A stretch of DNA of 64,000 bases from Roseibacillus sp. (GTDB taxonomy: Bacteria; Verrucomicrobiota; Verrucomicrobiia; Verrucomicrobiales; Akkermansiaceae): positions 416,001-480,000 of the forward strand of contig CBDEUM010000014.1 in NCBI GenBank assembly GCA_965242925.1, read 5' to 3'. The position numbers and the translations under genes were made by a program. The notes beneath the pieces were generated by a model, which ran no database searches, was not told where the DNA came from, and saw only the letters and a list, made by a program, of their open reading frames with translations. Below are positions 1 through 9,745 of this stretch, in pieces. Numbering within the stretch: position 1 is the stretch's first letter; every line of letters begins with the position of its first letter.

Positions 1-288
1 GAACTGGCCGCCCTCAACCGCGAAAAGAACAAGCTCCTGCGCAACCTCCAGGGTGTGCGCGAGATGGACAAGCCGCCCCAGGCCCTCGTCATCGTAGACA
101 CCGCCAAGGAATCCATTGCGGTGGCAGAAGCCCGCCGGCTCAAGATCCCCATCATCGGAATCGTGGATACCAATGGCGATCCCAGCGTGATCGACTATCC
201 CATCCCTGCCAACGACGACTCCATCCGTTCCGTCCGCATCGTCCTGCAGAACCTGGTCGACTCCATCGTGGTGGCCACCAAGGGCTAA
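1..288 (+). CDS. rpsB: 30S ribosomal protein S2, 3' part (start lies upstream of the window)
   Basis: Frame open from base 1 ([22 protein letters not shown]...). S2 C-terminal motif [13 protein letters not shown]...[10 protein letters not shown]. Directly upstream of tsf. Confidence 0.97.
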   Translation, partial: ELAALNREKNKLLRNLQGVREMDKPPQALVIVDTAKESIAVAEARRLKIPIIGIVDTNGDPSVIDYPIPANDDSIRSVRIVLQNLVDSIVVATKG

Positions 289-376
289 CCGGCTCCGCCC
301 TGTCGGTTAACCGTGATCAGGTGCGCTGCCGGTGCACCCCAACGGCCGAGCACAAATTACCAATCCCATTTTCCCC

Positions 377-1246
377 ATGTCTATCACCGCATCCCAGGTA
401 AAGGAACTCCGCGACCGCACCAACGCGGGCATGATGGAGTGCAAGAGGGCCCTTCAGGAAACCGATGGCGACATCGAAGGGGCTATCAAGAAACTCCGTG
501 AAGCAGGAGCCATCAAGGCGGCCAAGAAGGCCGACCGCGCCGCCAAGGAAGGCGTGGTCATTTCCCATATTGATTCCGACTCCAAGCACGGCATCCTTGC
601 CGAGGTGAACTGCGAAACCGACTTCGTGGCCAAGAACGAAAACTTCCAGGGCTTCGTGGGAGAGCTGGTCGAAACCGTCGCGGCCTCCGGCGCGACCGAT
701 CTCGAAGCAGCCAACGCCGTCTCTCACGGCGAGGACACAATTGAGGGCTTCGTGAAGGCCAAGGTCATCGAGTTGGGCGAAAACCTGCAATTTCGGCGCC
801 TGACCCGCTACGACATGGAGGGCTCGGGCCTGGTAGCCTCCTATATTCACCTTGGCGGCAAGGTCGGTGTGCTGGTGGAGGTGGGTTGTGAAAATGAAGG
901 CACCTCCGCCAACGACGAATTCCACACCCTGGTCAAGGATCTCACCCTCCACATCGCGGCCCTTTCCCCCGCCGGGATCACCCGCGACGACATCCCCTCC
1001 GACCTCATCGAGTCCGAGAAGGACCTTTTCCGCAAGCAAATGGCAGACAGTGGCAAGCCGCCTGAAATTCTCGAGAAGATCATCGAGGGCAAGCTCGGCA
1101 AGTTCTACTCCGAGCGCTGTCTTCTGGAGCAGGCCTTCGTAAAGGATCCCGATATCACCGTGGGCAAGCTTCTCGAAGCGAAAGGTGGGGATATTGGCGA
1201 CACCCTCTCCGTCCGCCGCTTTGTGCGCTACGCCCTTGGTGAATAG
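377..1246 (+). CDS. tsf: Elongation factor Ts
   Basis: MSITASQVKELRDRTNAGMMECKRAL; EVNCETDFVA motif; rpsB-tsf synteny. Confidence 0.98.
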   Translation: MSITASQVKELRDRTNAGMMECKRALQETDGDIEGAIKKLREAGAIKAAKKADRAAKEGVVISHIDSDSKHGILAEVNCETDFVAKNENFQGFVGELVETVAASGATDLEAANAVSHGEDTIEGFVKAKVIELGENLQFRRLTRYDMEGSGLVASYIHLGGKVGVLVEVGCENEGTSANDEFHTLVKDLTLHIAALSPAGITRDDIPSDLIESEKDLFRKQMADSGKPPEILEKIIEGKLGKFYSERCLLEQAFVKDPDITVGKLLEAKGGDIGDTLSVRRFVRYALGE

Positions 1247-1275
1247 AAACCGGGGATCGCAACCAACGCCCCTGC

Positions 1276-1303
1276 AAGCCCCGCCCCCCCGCGGGGCTTT
1301 TTC
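1276..1303 (+). terminator. Intrinsic terminator after tsf
   Basis: AAGCCCCGC-loop-GCGGGGCTT followed by a T run. Confidence 0.75.
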
Positions 1304-1390
1304 ATTCCCCGCAACAAGCCCCCCGGTTGCCGCTGCATCCTCTCCTGATTATGCTGGCCTTCCCTTCCCGGCACCCGTAGAGGCTTGGAA

Positions 1391-1930
1391 ATGATTATTC
1401 CCTCCCTGCGCCAGCTGGTCCTGGTCCTGCTGACCCTCTCCCCGGGTGCTGTCCTCCAGGCCGGAAAGGTCCCCTTCGCCAGGGAACGCTTCTCGGTCGC
1501 TATCCCTGCCGACTGGGAAAAGGGCAAGGGACCCGATGACGGAGCCATCCTCTACCGTGATGCGCCAGGCGGGGAGGGGTCCTTCTCCATCTATCAGTTG
1601 CCGGTGGCCAAGGATCATCGAGCCAATCTGGAAGGCACCCTCGCAGAACGGGTCAAGGCCATCCGAAAGGCGGGGTTCAAGGTGAGTGCGGAAGTAAAAT
1701 CCCAGAAGCAGGACAATTTCGACGGCAAGCCCGCGGTTTTCGCCGTGGTCCCGATCGAGGCCAGTTACCGGGACCAGATCGTCAAGTTCACCTACTACCT
1801 CGTCCTCATCGACGCCAGGAACTCGGTCATCATCATGCAGGCGGCCCTGCCCCGACCCCTCACCCCGAAGCTGCAGCAGGAAGCCCTTGGGATCATCCAG
1901 TCCTTCCGCGAAAAGAAGCAGGTCCCCTGA
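1391..1930 (+). CDS. Exported hypothetical protein, possibly PsbP/DcrB-like fold
   Basis: N-terminal hydrophobic signal (LRQLVLVLLTLSPGAVLQA). FSVAIPADW..., FDGKPA... pattern resembles PsbP/DcrB-like proteins; the fold is an inference. Confidence 0.7.
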   Translation: MIIPSLRQLVLVLLTLSPGAVLQAGKVPFARERFSVAIPADWEKGKGPDDGAILYRDAPGGEGSFSIYQLPVAKDHRANLEGTLAERVKAIRKAGFKVSAEVKSQKQDNFDGKPAVFAVVPIEASYRDQIVKFTYYLVLIDARNSVIIMQAALPRPLTPKLQQEALGIIQSFREKKQVP

Positions 1931-1932
1931 TG

Positions 1933-2757
1933 CTACGCTGACGCCCCCGACCTCTTCGAGTGCACCCAACCCTCCTCCATCTCCTCCAGGCTCGCCTCCT
2001 CCAGTGAGCTCCCCTGCTCCCCCAGCTCCTGCTCCATGGAAGCGAAGCGCTCCTCGAATTTCACATTAGTCCCCTCCAGAGCCACTTCCGGATCGATTCC
2101 CATCTTGCGGGCCAGGTTCACCACCGCAAAGAGGAGATCTCCCACCTCGGACTCCAAGGCAGGGGTCACTTCCCCACCCGTTGGCGGCAGCTCGGCCTTC
2201 ACCTCCGCCAGCTCTTCTTCAATCTTCCCGAGAACCCCGATTACATCCGGCCAGTCAAAGCCCACCTTGCCGGCCTTCTTCTGCAACTTGGCCGCACGCA
2301 GAAGGGCCGGCAGCCCCTTGCCCACTCCGTGCAGGTAGGGCTCGGCATCCGCGCCCTTCTCCTCGCGCTTGATTTCCTCCCAGCGACTCAGCACCGCGCT
2401 GGTATCCCGGGCCTCCCCGTCCCCATACACGTGGGGGTGCCTCCGCACCAGCTTGTCACATACTCCCCTGGCGACATCATCGAAATTGCAGCGTCCCTCC
2501 TCCTCCGCCAGCTCGCTGTGGAAAACAACCTGCAGGAGCAGGTCCCCCAGTTCCTCCTCCAGGTGCACCCAGTCCTCACGCCGGATGGCATCGACCGTCT
2601 CATAGGCCTCCTCAATCAGATTGGACACCAGGCTGGCGTGCGTTTGCTCCGCATCCCAGGGACATCCCCCCGGCGCCCGTAGCCGGTGCATGATGGCCCG
2701 CAACCTCTCCATCTGACGCTCCGGCTCGGCACAGTTGCTCATCTCCTCGTCGGTCAC
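1933..2757 (-). CDS. mazG: Nucleoside triphosphate pyrophosphohydrolase MazG
   Basis: LRAPGGCPWDAEQT, EEAYE, EELGDLLLQVVFH, KLVRRHPHV, GFDW and EVGDLLF motifs. Start is GTG 2757 or ATG 2742. Confidence 0.95.
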   Translation of the reverse strand: MTDEEMSNCAEPERQMERLRAIMHRLRAPGGCPWDAEQTHASLVSNLIEEAYETVDAIRREDWVHLEEELGDLLLQVVFHSELAEEEGRCNFDDVARGVCDKLVRRHPHVYGDGEARDTSAVLSRWEEIKREEKGADAEPYLHGVGKGLPALLRAAKLQKKAGKVGFDWPDVIGVLGKIEEELAEVKAELPPTGGEVTPALESEVGDLLFAVVNLARKMGIDPEVALEGTNVKFEERFASMEQELGEQGSSLEEASLEEMEEGWVHSKRSGASA

Positions 2758-2848
2758 GGGAAGAGTGAAAGTCAAAGTGAGGGGGAAGGGGAGTCCTAAA
2801 ACAGGCGATCCCTCCGCAGACAGACCGGCATGTCCTGTTCCCTGGCCC

Positions 2849-3727
2849 TCACTTCTTCCCGGCCCGGGCGAGAAGCTCACGCTCCTCCCCGGTAAGCGAC
2901 TGCAGACCGTGCTCGTTGATCTTGTCGAGGATGCGGTCCACCTCATTGGATTCCAGCTCCGTGATCGTCGACTGTGGCCGCAATTTCTTCTGGTAACCCT
3001 TTTCTCTCTTCGCAATCCGGATCTGGAAGGCAGGGCGCTTCTTCGAGCCCCCCTGGCCTGAACGCCCGAGATGTCCCAGCAGCCCACGCAACACGGGAAT
3101 TTTCCACAAGAGAAACCCGGCCAGCGCTCCGCCGAGGTGACCCGCTTCGCCCCCCGCATTGGGTCCTCCCGCCAGCACGACGAACACGCCGTATGCAAGC
3201 ACGAGAATTGCCATGCGCCGCATGGTGAGAGTCACCGGGGGAAAGAGCAGTTGAACCCGCATATCCGGAGCAATCATCGCGGCAACTGCCAGGATTCCGA
3301 AGATCCCAGCCGAAGCACCCACTACCCCCACGTCCAGATAAGTATTGGAGACGGACACCAAGGTGGCGTAACCCAGGGCCCCGGACACGCCGCAGAGAAG
3401 GTAGAAGAGAAGAAAGGCCCGACTGCGCAGTTGCTGCTCCACGAAGGCCCCAAAAAAGTAGATCGCAATCGAATTGAAGAGGAGGTGCCCGAGGTCTGCG
3501 TGCAGGAACTGGAAGGTAATCAGCCTCCATACCTGGAACCCAAACAGGCCTTCCTGGATGGTGAACGCTCCTAATTTTCCAAAAGTGACCCCCAAATCAA
3601 GGAAGACCTCCACCAGAAACACCCCGATATTCAGGAAAAGGAGCCACTTGACCACCGGCGCGCCCGCCAGTCGCCCAGGGGGCCGGGTGGCACCCTCTCG
3701 AAAGTAATCGCGGTCGGCATATCCCAT
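2849..3727 (-). CDS. Rhomboid family intramembrane serine protease with C-terminal VDRILDKI domain
   Basis: WRLITFQFLH..HLLFN; catalytic GASAG; GHLGG; tail EVDRILDKINEHGLQSLT. Confidence 0.92.
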   Translation of the reverse strand: MGYADRDYFREGATRPPGRLAGAPVVKWLLFLNIGVFLVEVFLDLGVTFGKLGAFTIQEGLFGFQVWRLITFQFLHADLGHLLFNSIAIYFFGAFVEQQLRSRAFLLFYLLCGVSGALGYATLVSVSNTYLDVGVVGASAGIFGILAVAAMIAPDMRVQLLFPPVTLTMRRMAILVLAYGVFVVLAGGPNAGGEAGHLGGALAGFLLWKIPVLRGLLGHLGRSGQGGSKKRPAFQIRIAKREKGYQKKLRPQSTITELESNEVDRILDKINEHGLQSLTGEERELLARAGKK

Positions 3728-3914
3728 CTGCGTTCCGCACATCTAGCACCCCATTCCGGTCCCCTCAAGCCAAGCAAAACCTCCAATTGGTCTGCTCCAG
3801 CCCCGGCCAAACCCCTTCCTGCTGCTCCTGCCCCGCAAGGTCCTCACACGAATCTGTGACGAAAAGAGCACACCTGCCCTTGCAAAAAAGGCATTTTGCT
3901 GTAATTCGCGCGCC

Positions 3915-5750
3915 ATGTCCGACGCACCAACAAGCCATCAGGGACTCCTCGACTGGGTGAACGAAATGATCGCCCTCTGCCAGCCCGCCAACGTCCGCTG
4001 GTCGGACGGATCACAGGCCGAGTGGGACGACCTGACCCAGCTCCTCGTCGATGCCGGCACCTTCACCCGGCTTAATCCCGAGAAACGCCCCAACAGCTTC
4101 CTGGCCCGCTCCAGTCCGAGTGACGTGGCGCGTGTGGAAGACCGCACCTTCATCTGCTCCGAGAAGGAGGACGATGCGGGGCCGACCAACAACTGGGCTG
4201 ATCCCGCCGAGATGCGCGAGAAGCTCAAGGGCTTCTTCGCCGGATGCATGAAGGGCCGGACCATGTATGTTATTCCGTTCTGCATGGGCCCCCTTGACTC
4301 GCCCTTTGCCAAGATTGGAGTTGAGATTTCCGATAGCGCCTACGTGGTCGTCAACATGCGCATCATGGCCAAGATCGGAAGCGAGGTCCTGAAGCGTCTT
4401 GAGGACGAGGCCTCCGGCGCCATCAATCTCGGTCGCGATGGACACGGCACCTTCGTTCCCTGCCTCCACTCGGTGGGCGCCCCCCTCGAGGATGGTCAGG
4501 AGGACGTCACCTGGCCGTGCAACGACGAGAAATACATCGTGCACTTCCCTGAGACCCAGGAGATCCAGTCCTACGGTTCCGGATACGGCGGCAACGCCCT
4601 CCTCGGCAAGAAGTGTCTCGCCCTGCGCATCGCCTCCACCATCGCCAAGAAGAACGGCTGGATGGCCGAGCACATGCTGATCCTGGGCCTTGAATCCCCC
4701 GAGGGCGAGAAGCGCTACGTCACCGCCGCTTTCCCCAGCGCCTGCGGCAAGACCAACCTCGCCATGCTGGTCCCGCCCGCAGGCTACGACGGCTGGAAGG
4801 TGACCTGCGTAGGCGACGACATCGCCTGGCTCTGGCCTCACGAGGACGGCAAGCTCCACGCCATCAATCCCGAGGCCGGTTATTTCGGCGTGGCTCCCAT
4901 GACCTCCTACGAGACCAATCCCAACGCCATGGACTCGCTCAAGGAGAACAGCATCTTTACCAACGTCGCCCTCACCGATGACGGTGACGTCTGGTGGGAA
5001 GACATGACCCCGGAGCCTCCCGCCCACCTCATCGACTGGAAGGGCAACGACTGGACCCCCGAAAGCGAAGGCCCCTCTTCTCATCCGAATGCCCGCTTCA
5101 CGGCTCCTGCCAGCCAGTGCCCGGTCATCGATCCCGAGTGGCAGAACCCGGACGGGGTCCCCATCGACGCCTTTGTCTTCGGCGGACGTCGCGCCACCAC
5201 CATGCCCCTCGTTTTCCAGGCCCACAACTGGAACCACGGCACCTTCATCGGCTCGGTAATGGGATCCGAAATGACCGCCGCAGCAGCAGGCGGGGCCGGC
5301 CAGGTTCGCCGTGACCCGATGGCCATGCTTCCCTTCTGTGGCCACCATGTGGGGGACTACCTGCAGCTCTGGATCGATATTGCCAGCAAGGTCGAAAAAC
5401 TCCCCGAGGTCTTCCACGTGAACTGGTTCCGTAAGGATCCCGAGGGCAACTGGCTCTGGCCCGGATTCGGCCAGAACATGCGCGTCCTTGAGTGGATCCT
5501 CAAGCGGGCCGATGGCACGGTCGAGGGCAAGGAGGAATTCGTGGGCACCGTCCCCGCCTTCGGTGAACTCAACCTCGACGGGCTCGATTTCTCCGAGGAA
5601 AACTGGAACGCCCTTATGAACCTCGATGCCGAGGAGTGGCAGCGCGAGCTGGAAACCCAGGAGGAATTCCTCGACAAGATCGGCGACAAGCTGCCCGCCG
5701 AGGTGAGAGCCGAGCGCGCCAAGCTCCTTGAACGCATTGGCGGTGCCTGA
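3915..5750 (+). CDS. pckG: Phosphoenolpyruvate carboxykinase (GTP)
   Basis: [45 protein letters not shown] and FHVNWFR motifs. Confidence 0.98.
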   Translation: MSDAPTSHQGLLDWVNEMIALCQPANVRWSDGSQAEWDDLTQLLVDAGTFTRLNPEKRPNSFLARSSPSDVARVEDRTFICSEKEDDAGPTNNWADPAEMREKLKGFFAGCMKGRTMYVIPFCMGPLDSPFAKIGVEISDSAYVVVNMRIMAKIGSEVLKRLEDEASGAINLGRDGHGTFVPCLHSVGAPLEDGQEDVTWPCNDEKYIVHFPETQEIQSYGSGYGGNALLGKKCLALRIASTIAKKNGWMAEHMLILGLESPEGEKRYVTAAFPSACGKTNLAMLVPPAGYDGWKVTCVGDDIAWLWPHEDGKLHAINPEAGYFGVAPMTSYETNPNAMDSLKENSIFTNVALTDDGDVWWEDMTPEPPAHLIDWKGNDWTPESEGPSSHPNARFTAPASQCPVIDPEWQNPDGVPIDAFVFGGRRATTMPLVFQAHNWNHGTFIGSVMGSEMTAAAAGGAGQVRRDPMAMLPFCGHHVGDYLQLWIDIASKVEKLPEVFHVNWFRKDPEGNWLWPGFGQNMRVLEWILKRADGTVEGKEEFVGTVPAFGELNLDGLDFSEENWNALMNLDAEEWQRELETQEEFLDKIGDKLPAEVRAERAKLLERIGGA

Positions 5751-5801
5751 GGCTAATGCACCTGCCCCGCGGTCGCGGGGAGAACCCAGGCAATTTTCAG
5801 G

Positions 5802-5830
5802 AAGCGCGGTCTCCGGACCGCGCTTTTTTT
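5802..5830 (+). terminator. Intrinsic terminator after pckG
   Basis: AAGCGCGGTC-loop-GACCGCGCTT followed by a T run. Confidence 0.8.
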
Positions 5831-5869
5831 GGTCGCCAGTCACCAACTGCCCGACAGACTGAAATTCTT

Positions 5870-7984
5870 ATGATGAGAGTTTCTGGCATCGTCCTCATTG
5901 CCGCCCTTCTGGCACTCTTCCCTGCCAGGGGGGCCGCTTTGACCGAATCTGAGCGCCAACTTGCCGCCGGCCACCCCCGCCCCGGCTATGAGGAGGTCGC
6001 GGACATCAAGGCCATGGCCGCCGCCCTGCGCAAGGACCTCTCCCAACGGGAACGCTACTCCTTTTCACGCGGCTGGTGGACATGGGACCGCCTGCGCGCC
6101 CGCTATGTGGACGGCGGACGGAAGAACCAGAACGAACTCCTCATCCTCCAGGCGGTCTTCCGCGCTCTCATCCTTGACTGGCATTCCAAGCTGGAGGCAA
6201 AGGGCGAGGGCGATCTCATGTTCATCTACTTCGTCACCACCGCCCCGGGCAGCAAGACGGAACGCAAGCTCCCGAACGGGGCAACCCTGGTCCGCGACTA
6301 TCACGGCGGCGGATACCACGGCGGCTGGGGCGGGGCCGCGCGCATGCGCATCTACGAAGAACTTGCGAACCGAGGATTGCTCACTGCCGGGGAGAGGGCG
6401 CGGTTCAAGCGGATCGTCCATCAGAGCCTCAGCAACCGTTTTCTCAACTTCAAGAAAGGATCGCAGCGCGCCGACAATCACTCTTATGGAAACGCAGGCG
6501 GCATCGCAATGGCCCTCAAGCTCTTTCCCGACGCCCCGCAGGCGAAGGAAGCGCGCGCCTGGATCGAGCGCATCTGGAAAGACCTCGCCGACTACGGTGA
6601 CTGGACCGAGTGGAACTATTTCCCCTACGGCCCGATTTTCCTGCACGGAATGATCGATATCGCGGAAGCGATGGGCTGGCTCCAGAAGGAGTCCAAGCTC
6701 ATCAACGCCGTCGGGGGGCGAGTCCTTGGCTTCGTGCACGGCGGCGGGGTGCGCGGCGGACCGAATTGCGGCTCGCCCGTCTTCACCGATCGCGCCGCCC
6801 TCTACGCCGACCCCTGGAACGTCGGCAACTACCGGGTGGAGACCCCGGGACGAGACGGACACTTTTGGTACCGCATGGCGCAGTACTACAAAAATCGGGA
6901 GTACCTCTGGGCCGCGGAACAGTCCGCCTTGGGCGGCCACCCGCCGGGTAAAGAAAAGGTCATCCTCGCCTACCAGCAGGCCTACGCGCGCCGCTTTGCG
7001 TGGTTCAAAGAGCGCGACCTCTCCGCAAAAGTCCCGGAGGGCAAGGCTCGCATCGGTCTTCTCAGCTCCCTGGTGCACAAGATTCCGGAGCGCCTCTATC
7101 TCGAAGCGAGCCGCGAGGCGGGCAGACCCTTCGCCTCCTACTTCCTCTACCCCCACAAGGACGACCACCTGGATAGCCTTTCAGGCCAGCTCTACGAGTA
7201 CGCCGCGCACGGCGCCAAGTTCCTCCACAGCTCCGGCAAGTACAGCATGCTGCCCAAAGGCGGCGGCACGGGCGAAGAGAGCCTGGACGTCCTCCTCGTC
7301 CTCAACAAAAAGCATCCCTTTCCGCTACATCCCGACCGCGCCGGTGACGGCGACTTTATCCGCAAGGGTGCCATCAAGTTGCTGCCCGGTCTCCTCAAGG
7401 CAGAGAACAACGAGGCCGGCGACTCGTTCGGCCAGTTCGGATGGACTGACTACTACGGACCTGGCAGCAAGTGGATCCGCCGGACCGTCCTCACGCGCGA
7501 AGGAAATCTGATCGTCGCGGACGAATACACCGCCGGTAGTGCCCTTGGCAGGAACTACCACGCCGGACCAGTTTGGCACCTGGCCCCGCAGAAGGAACAG
7601 CGGGATGGCGAACAGAAGGAGAACTGGTTCGATGCCCGCGCCTTTGAGCACGCCTGGTGGCAGGAGAAGCGCTATCGCCTCCTGCTTACGATCCACCAGG
7701 ACGGAGCCATGCGTTTCGGCAGGCTCAAGCAAAGGAGCTCGCAGGACCTCGCGCCGAACGTGACGGTCTACGGACACCGGCCCGTCGAGACCGGGCAGAC
7801 GGTGCAATTCCTCAGCGTGTTTTCTCCTTGGGAGGACAATGGATTCCCGGTCACCGGCAGCGGTGCGATCACTCGTATCGCCGAGGGGACCACTACCGCA
7901 AGGTTGACGAGCGGCAGAGGGGGGTTCGTCACCGTTGAAATCCGGGCCGACGGCACCTGGAGCGTTACCCGGGCACAGCCCTGA
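5870..7984 (+). CDS. Secreted protein, heparinase II/III-like (putative polysaccharide lyase)
   Basis: Signal peptide. DNHSYG..ALKLFP..W..GDWTEWNYFPY resembles an alpha/alpha-toroid lyase segment. H.D..S..LY.Y..HG..FLHSSGKY and WIRRTVL..LIVAD resemble the Hepar_II_III beta-sandwich. Confidence 0.55.
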   Translation: MMRVSGIVLIAALLALFPARGAALTESERQLAAGHPRPGYEEVADIKAMAAALRKDLSQRERYSFSRGWWTWDRLRARYVDGGRKNQNELLILQAVFRALILDWHSKLEAKGEGDLMFIYFVTTAPGSKTERKLPNGATLVRDYHGGGYHGGWGGAARMRIYEELANRGLLTAGERARFKRIVHQSLSNRFLNFKKGSQRADNHSYGNAGGIAMALKLFPDAPQAKEARAWIERIWKDLADYGDWTEWNYFPYGPIFLHGMIDIAEAMGWLQKESKLINAVGGRVLGFVHGGGVRGGPNCGSPVFTDRAALYADPWNVGNYRVETPGRDGHFWYRMAQYYKNREYLWAAEQSALGGHPPGKEKVILAYQQAYARRFAWFKERDLSAKVPEGKARIGLLSSLVHKIPERLYLEASREAGRPFASYFLYPHKDDHLDSLSGQLYEYAAHGAKFLHSSGKYSMLPKGGGTGEESLDVLLVLNKKHPFPLHPDRAGDGDFIRKGAIKLLPGLLKAENNEAGDSFGQFGWTDYYGPGSKWIRRTVLTREGNLIVADEYTAGSALGRNYHAGPVWHLAPQKEQRDGEQKENWFDARAFEHAWWQEKRYRLLLTIHQDGAMRFGRLKQRSSQDLAPNVTVYGHRPVETGQTVQFLSVFSPWEDNGFPVTGSGAITRIAEGTTTARLTSGRGGFVTVEIRADGTWSVTRAQP

Positions 7985-7999
7985 TCTAGCCCGAAACGC

Positions 8000-9001
8000 T
8001 CACTCCCCAACTGTCGGCCTGAGAAGCTGCCACAGTTCCTTTTCCTTCATCTTGGCAAGGAGGAGGTAGGTCTGGTTCTTCCCCTGCCAGGAGGCCACTG
8101 ACACCCCGGTGTTGGAGCACTGCCGGCAACGGGTCCCGCCGGACTTCCTGAGCTTCTCGAGATCCTCCGGATCAAGGTTCTCACTACCAAGGACGGCAAG
8201 GTGAATTCTGCTTCCGCCCTTGTCGAAACACAGATGGGAGACCCTGGTGGCACCCATCATGAAAATGCGGCACCCGACCGGCTTGCCTTCCGAGATCCCC
8301 CCCGGAAGCTCATCAAGATCAAAGCCGGGAGCATTGTTGTCCCGTATCCAGGCCTGGTATTCCTGCAGCCTGCCACTCTGCAGGGGAAAGAACCCCTGGC
8401 GCACGACCTCCGCGATGGCCCCGTTTTCAAGAACCCTGAGGACGATGGTCTCCCCTTGTCCCTCCCGGGGACCGAAACTGCTGGAGGTCACCTCGAAGGC
8501 CACAAAGGCGCCCAGCACGAGTAAAACTGCCGCCACCGCTGCCTTCAGCCAGCCCTGCTCCATCGACACCTCCTCGGCTGGCTGCCCCCCGGCAGCAGCT
8601 ACTGCCATCGGCTTGCCGGCAATCTCAACCTTGAGAACCTTCAGTGTCTGCTCCTTCAATTCCTCCGGTGGAGCCTCGGAAACCAGGGAGCTCACGAAGG
8701 AGGATTCCGGGGCCGTGAGATTCTCCGTGGTATCCTCCACTGGAACCCCGGACCCGCCTTTGTTCCCGGCGGCATCGGCCTTGAGAGCGTCCAGGATACT
8801 GCTCCGCAGATTGGAGGGAATGGTGAGATTCTTCAAGCTGGCGGCAACAGAGGCGTCCTGCTCCCGCTCAACCACCAGCCACTCTCCCAGTCCGCGGTCA
8901 TCAGCTGCCACCGCGAGGGCCTCCTCGAAATCAGGATTCCCGGAGTCCGCCCCTCCGGGGCGAAAACTCCGGAGAACAAACCGTGCCTGTTCCCTATCCA
9001 T
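8000..9001 (-). CDS. Putative anti-sigma factor (single transmembrane helix)
   Basis: Overlaps the 3' end of the upstream ECF sigma gene. N-terminal helical domain, one TM (WLKAAVAAVLLVLGAFVAF), periplasmic GCRIF...VSHLCF...VASW domain. Confidence 0.7.
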   Translation of the reverse strand: MDREQARFVLRSFRPGGADSGNPDFEEALAVAADDRGLGEWLVVEREQDASVAASLKNLTIPSNLRSSILDALKADAAGNKGGSGVPVEDTTENLTAPESSFVSSLVSEAPPEELKEQTLKVLKVEIAGKPMAVAAAGGQPAEEVSMEQGWLKAAVAAVLLVLGAFVAFEVTSSSFGPREGQGETIVLRVLENGAIAEVVRQGFFPLQSGRLQEYQAWIRDNNAPGFDLDELPGGISEGKPVGCRIFMMGATRVSHLCFDKGGSRIHLAVLGSENLDPEDLEKLRKSGGTRCRQCSNTGVSVASWQGKNQTYLLLAKMKEKELWQLLRPTVGE

Positions 9002-9536
9002 TGGGTTGCTTCATGACATCGGGCCGGAAGTCGACAAAGTTCTCCAGGCCCGCGCTGGCGGGCTCTTCCATCATCCTACTCCGGAGCTGTTCCTTGCCGC
9101 GCGAGATACGGGACATGACGGTTCCAATCGGAACATCGAGGATATCGGCGATCTCCTTGTAGCTGTGCTGCTCAAGACAGAACAACGTGAGAGGTGCCCG
9201 GAACGTCGTCGAGAGTCCGCCCAGCAATTCTGCCGTGCGGGGGATCTCCCTCCCGGGGTCCGGTTCGTGGGTGGCTGATCGGTCCTCATCATCACCAGTC
9301 GCGCGCTCAGGGGGCCAGGTCTTCCAGCTGCCCTGACCCAGGTGTTGCCGGTAGAGCGTCGAAAAGAGTCCCGTCCTGGCCTTGCCCGGGGCCCTGGGTT
9401 CTCTCTCCTTCCGCTCCCAGATGACATAAGTCTGGTGAACGAGGCCCGCCGCGCGGTCCGCATCCCGGACCAGCGAGATGGCAAAACAATACAGTGGCTG
9501 GCAGTAAGCGTCGACGAGGTCTTCGGTATCCGTCAT
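8994..9536 (-). CDS. ECF-type sigma-70 factor with divergent region 2
   Basis: Region 4 SYKEIADILDVPIGTVMSRISRGKEQLR; region-2-like LVDAYCQPLYCFAISLVRD. Confidence 0.85.
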   Translation of the reverse strand: MTDTEDLVDAYCQPLYCFAISLVRDADRAAGLVHQTYVIWERKEREPRAPGKARTGLFSTLYRQHLGQGSWKTWPPERATGDDEDRSATHEPDPGREIPRTAELLGGLSTTFRAPLTLFCLEQHSYKEIADILDVPIGTVMSRISRGKEQLRSRMMEEPASAGLENFVDFRPDVMKQPNG

Positions 9537-9745
9537 GGGGCGCAGGGACCTGGGTCTCCAGTTGCCGGGAAGCCGCCGCGTTCCCCTTCTTCCCGGGAAC
9601 GTCGCGATCCTTCGCCGTACCGAGATTTTCCGGGGCTCCAAAGCGCCTCTCCGGGCATCAAGTTGGCCCGGAAAGGACCTGGAAGCAATCTGCATTCCTT
9701 CTTCCCCCGGCCCGAGCGCCCTGCTTCACTCTCGTCCCCAAGGCC

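Noticed and set aside
4011..5846. Long antisense ORFs (also 33603-35426, 38274-39632, 47235-48710, 56223-57791, 58792-60837)
   Set aside because: They mirror well-supported genes on the opposite strand, as expected from high-GC codon bias, and show no recognisable motifs.
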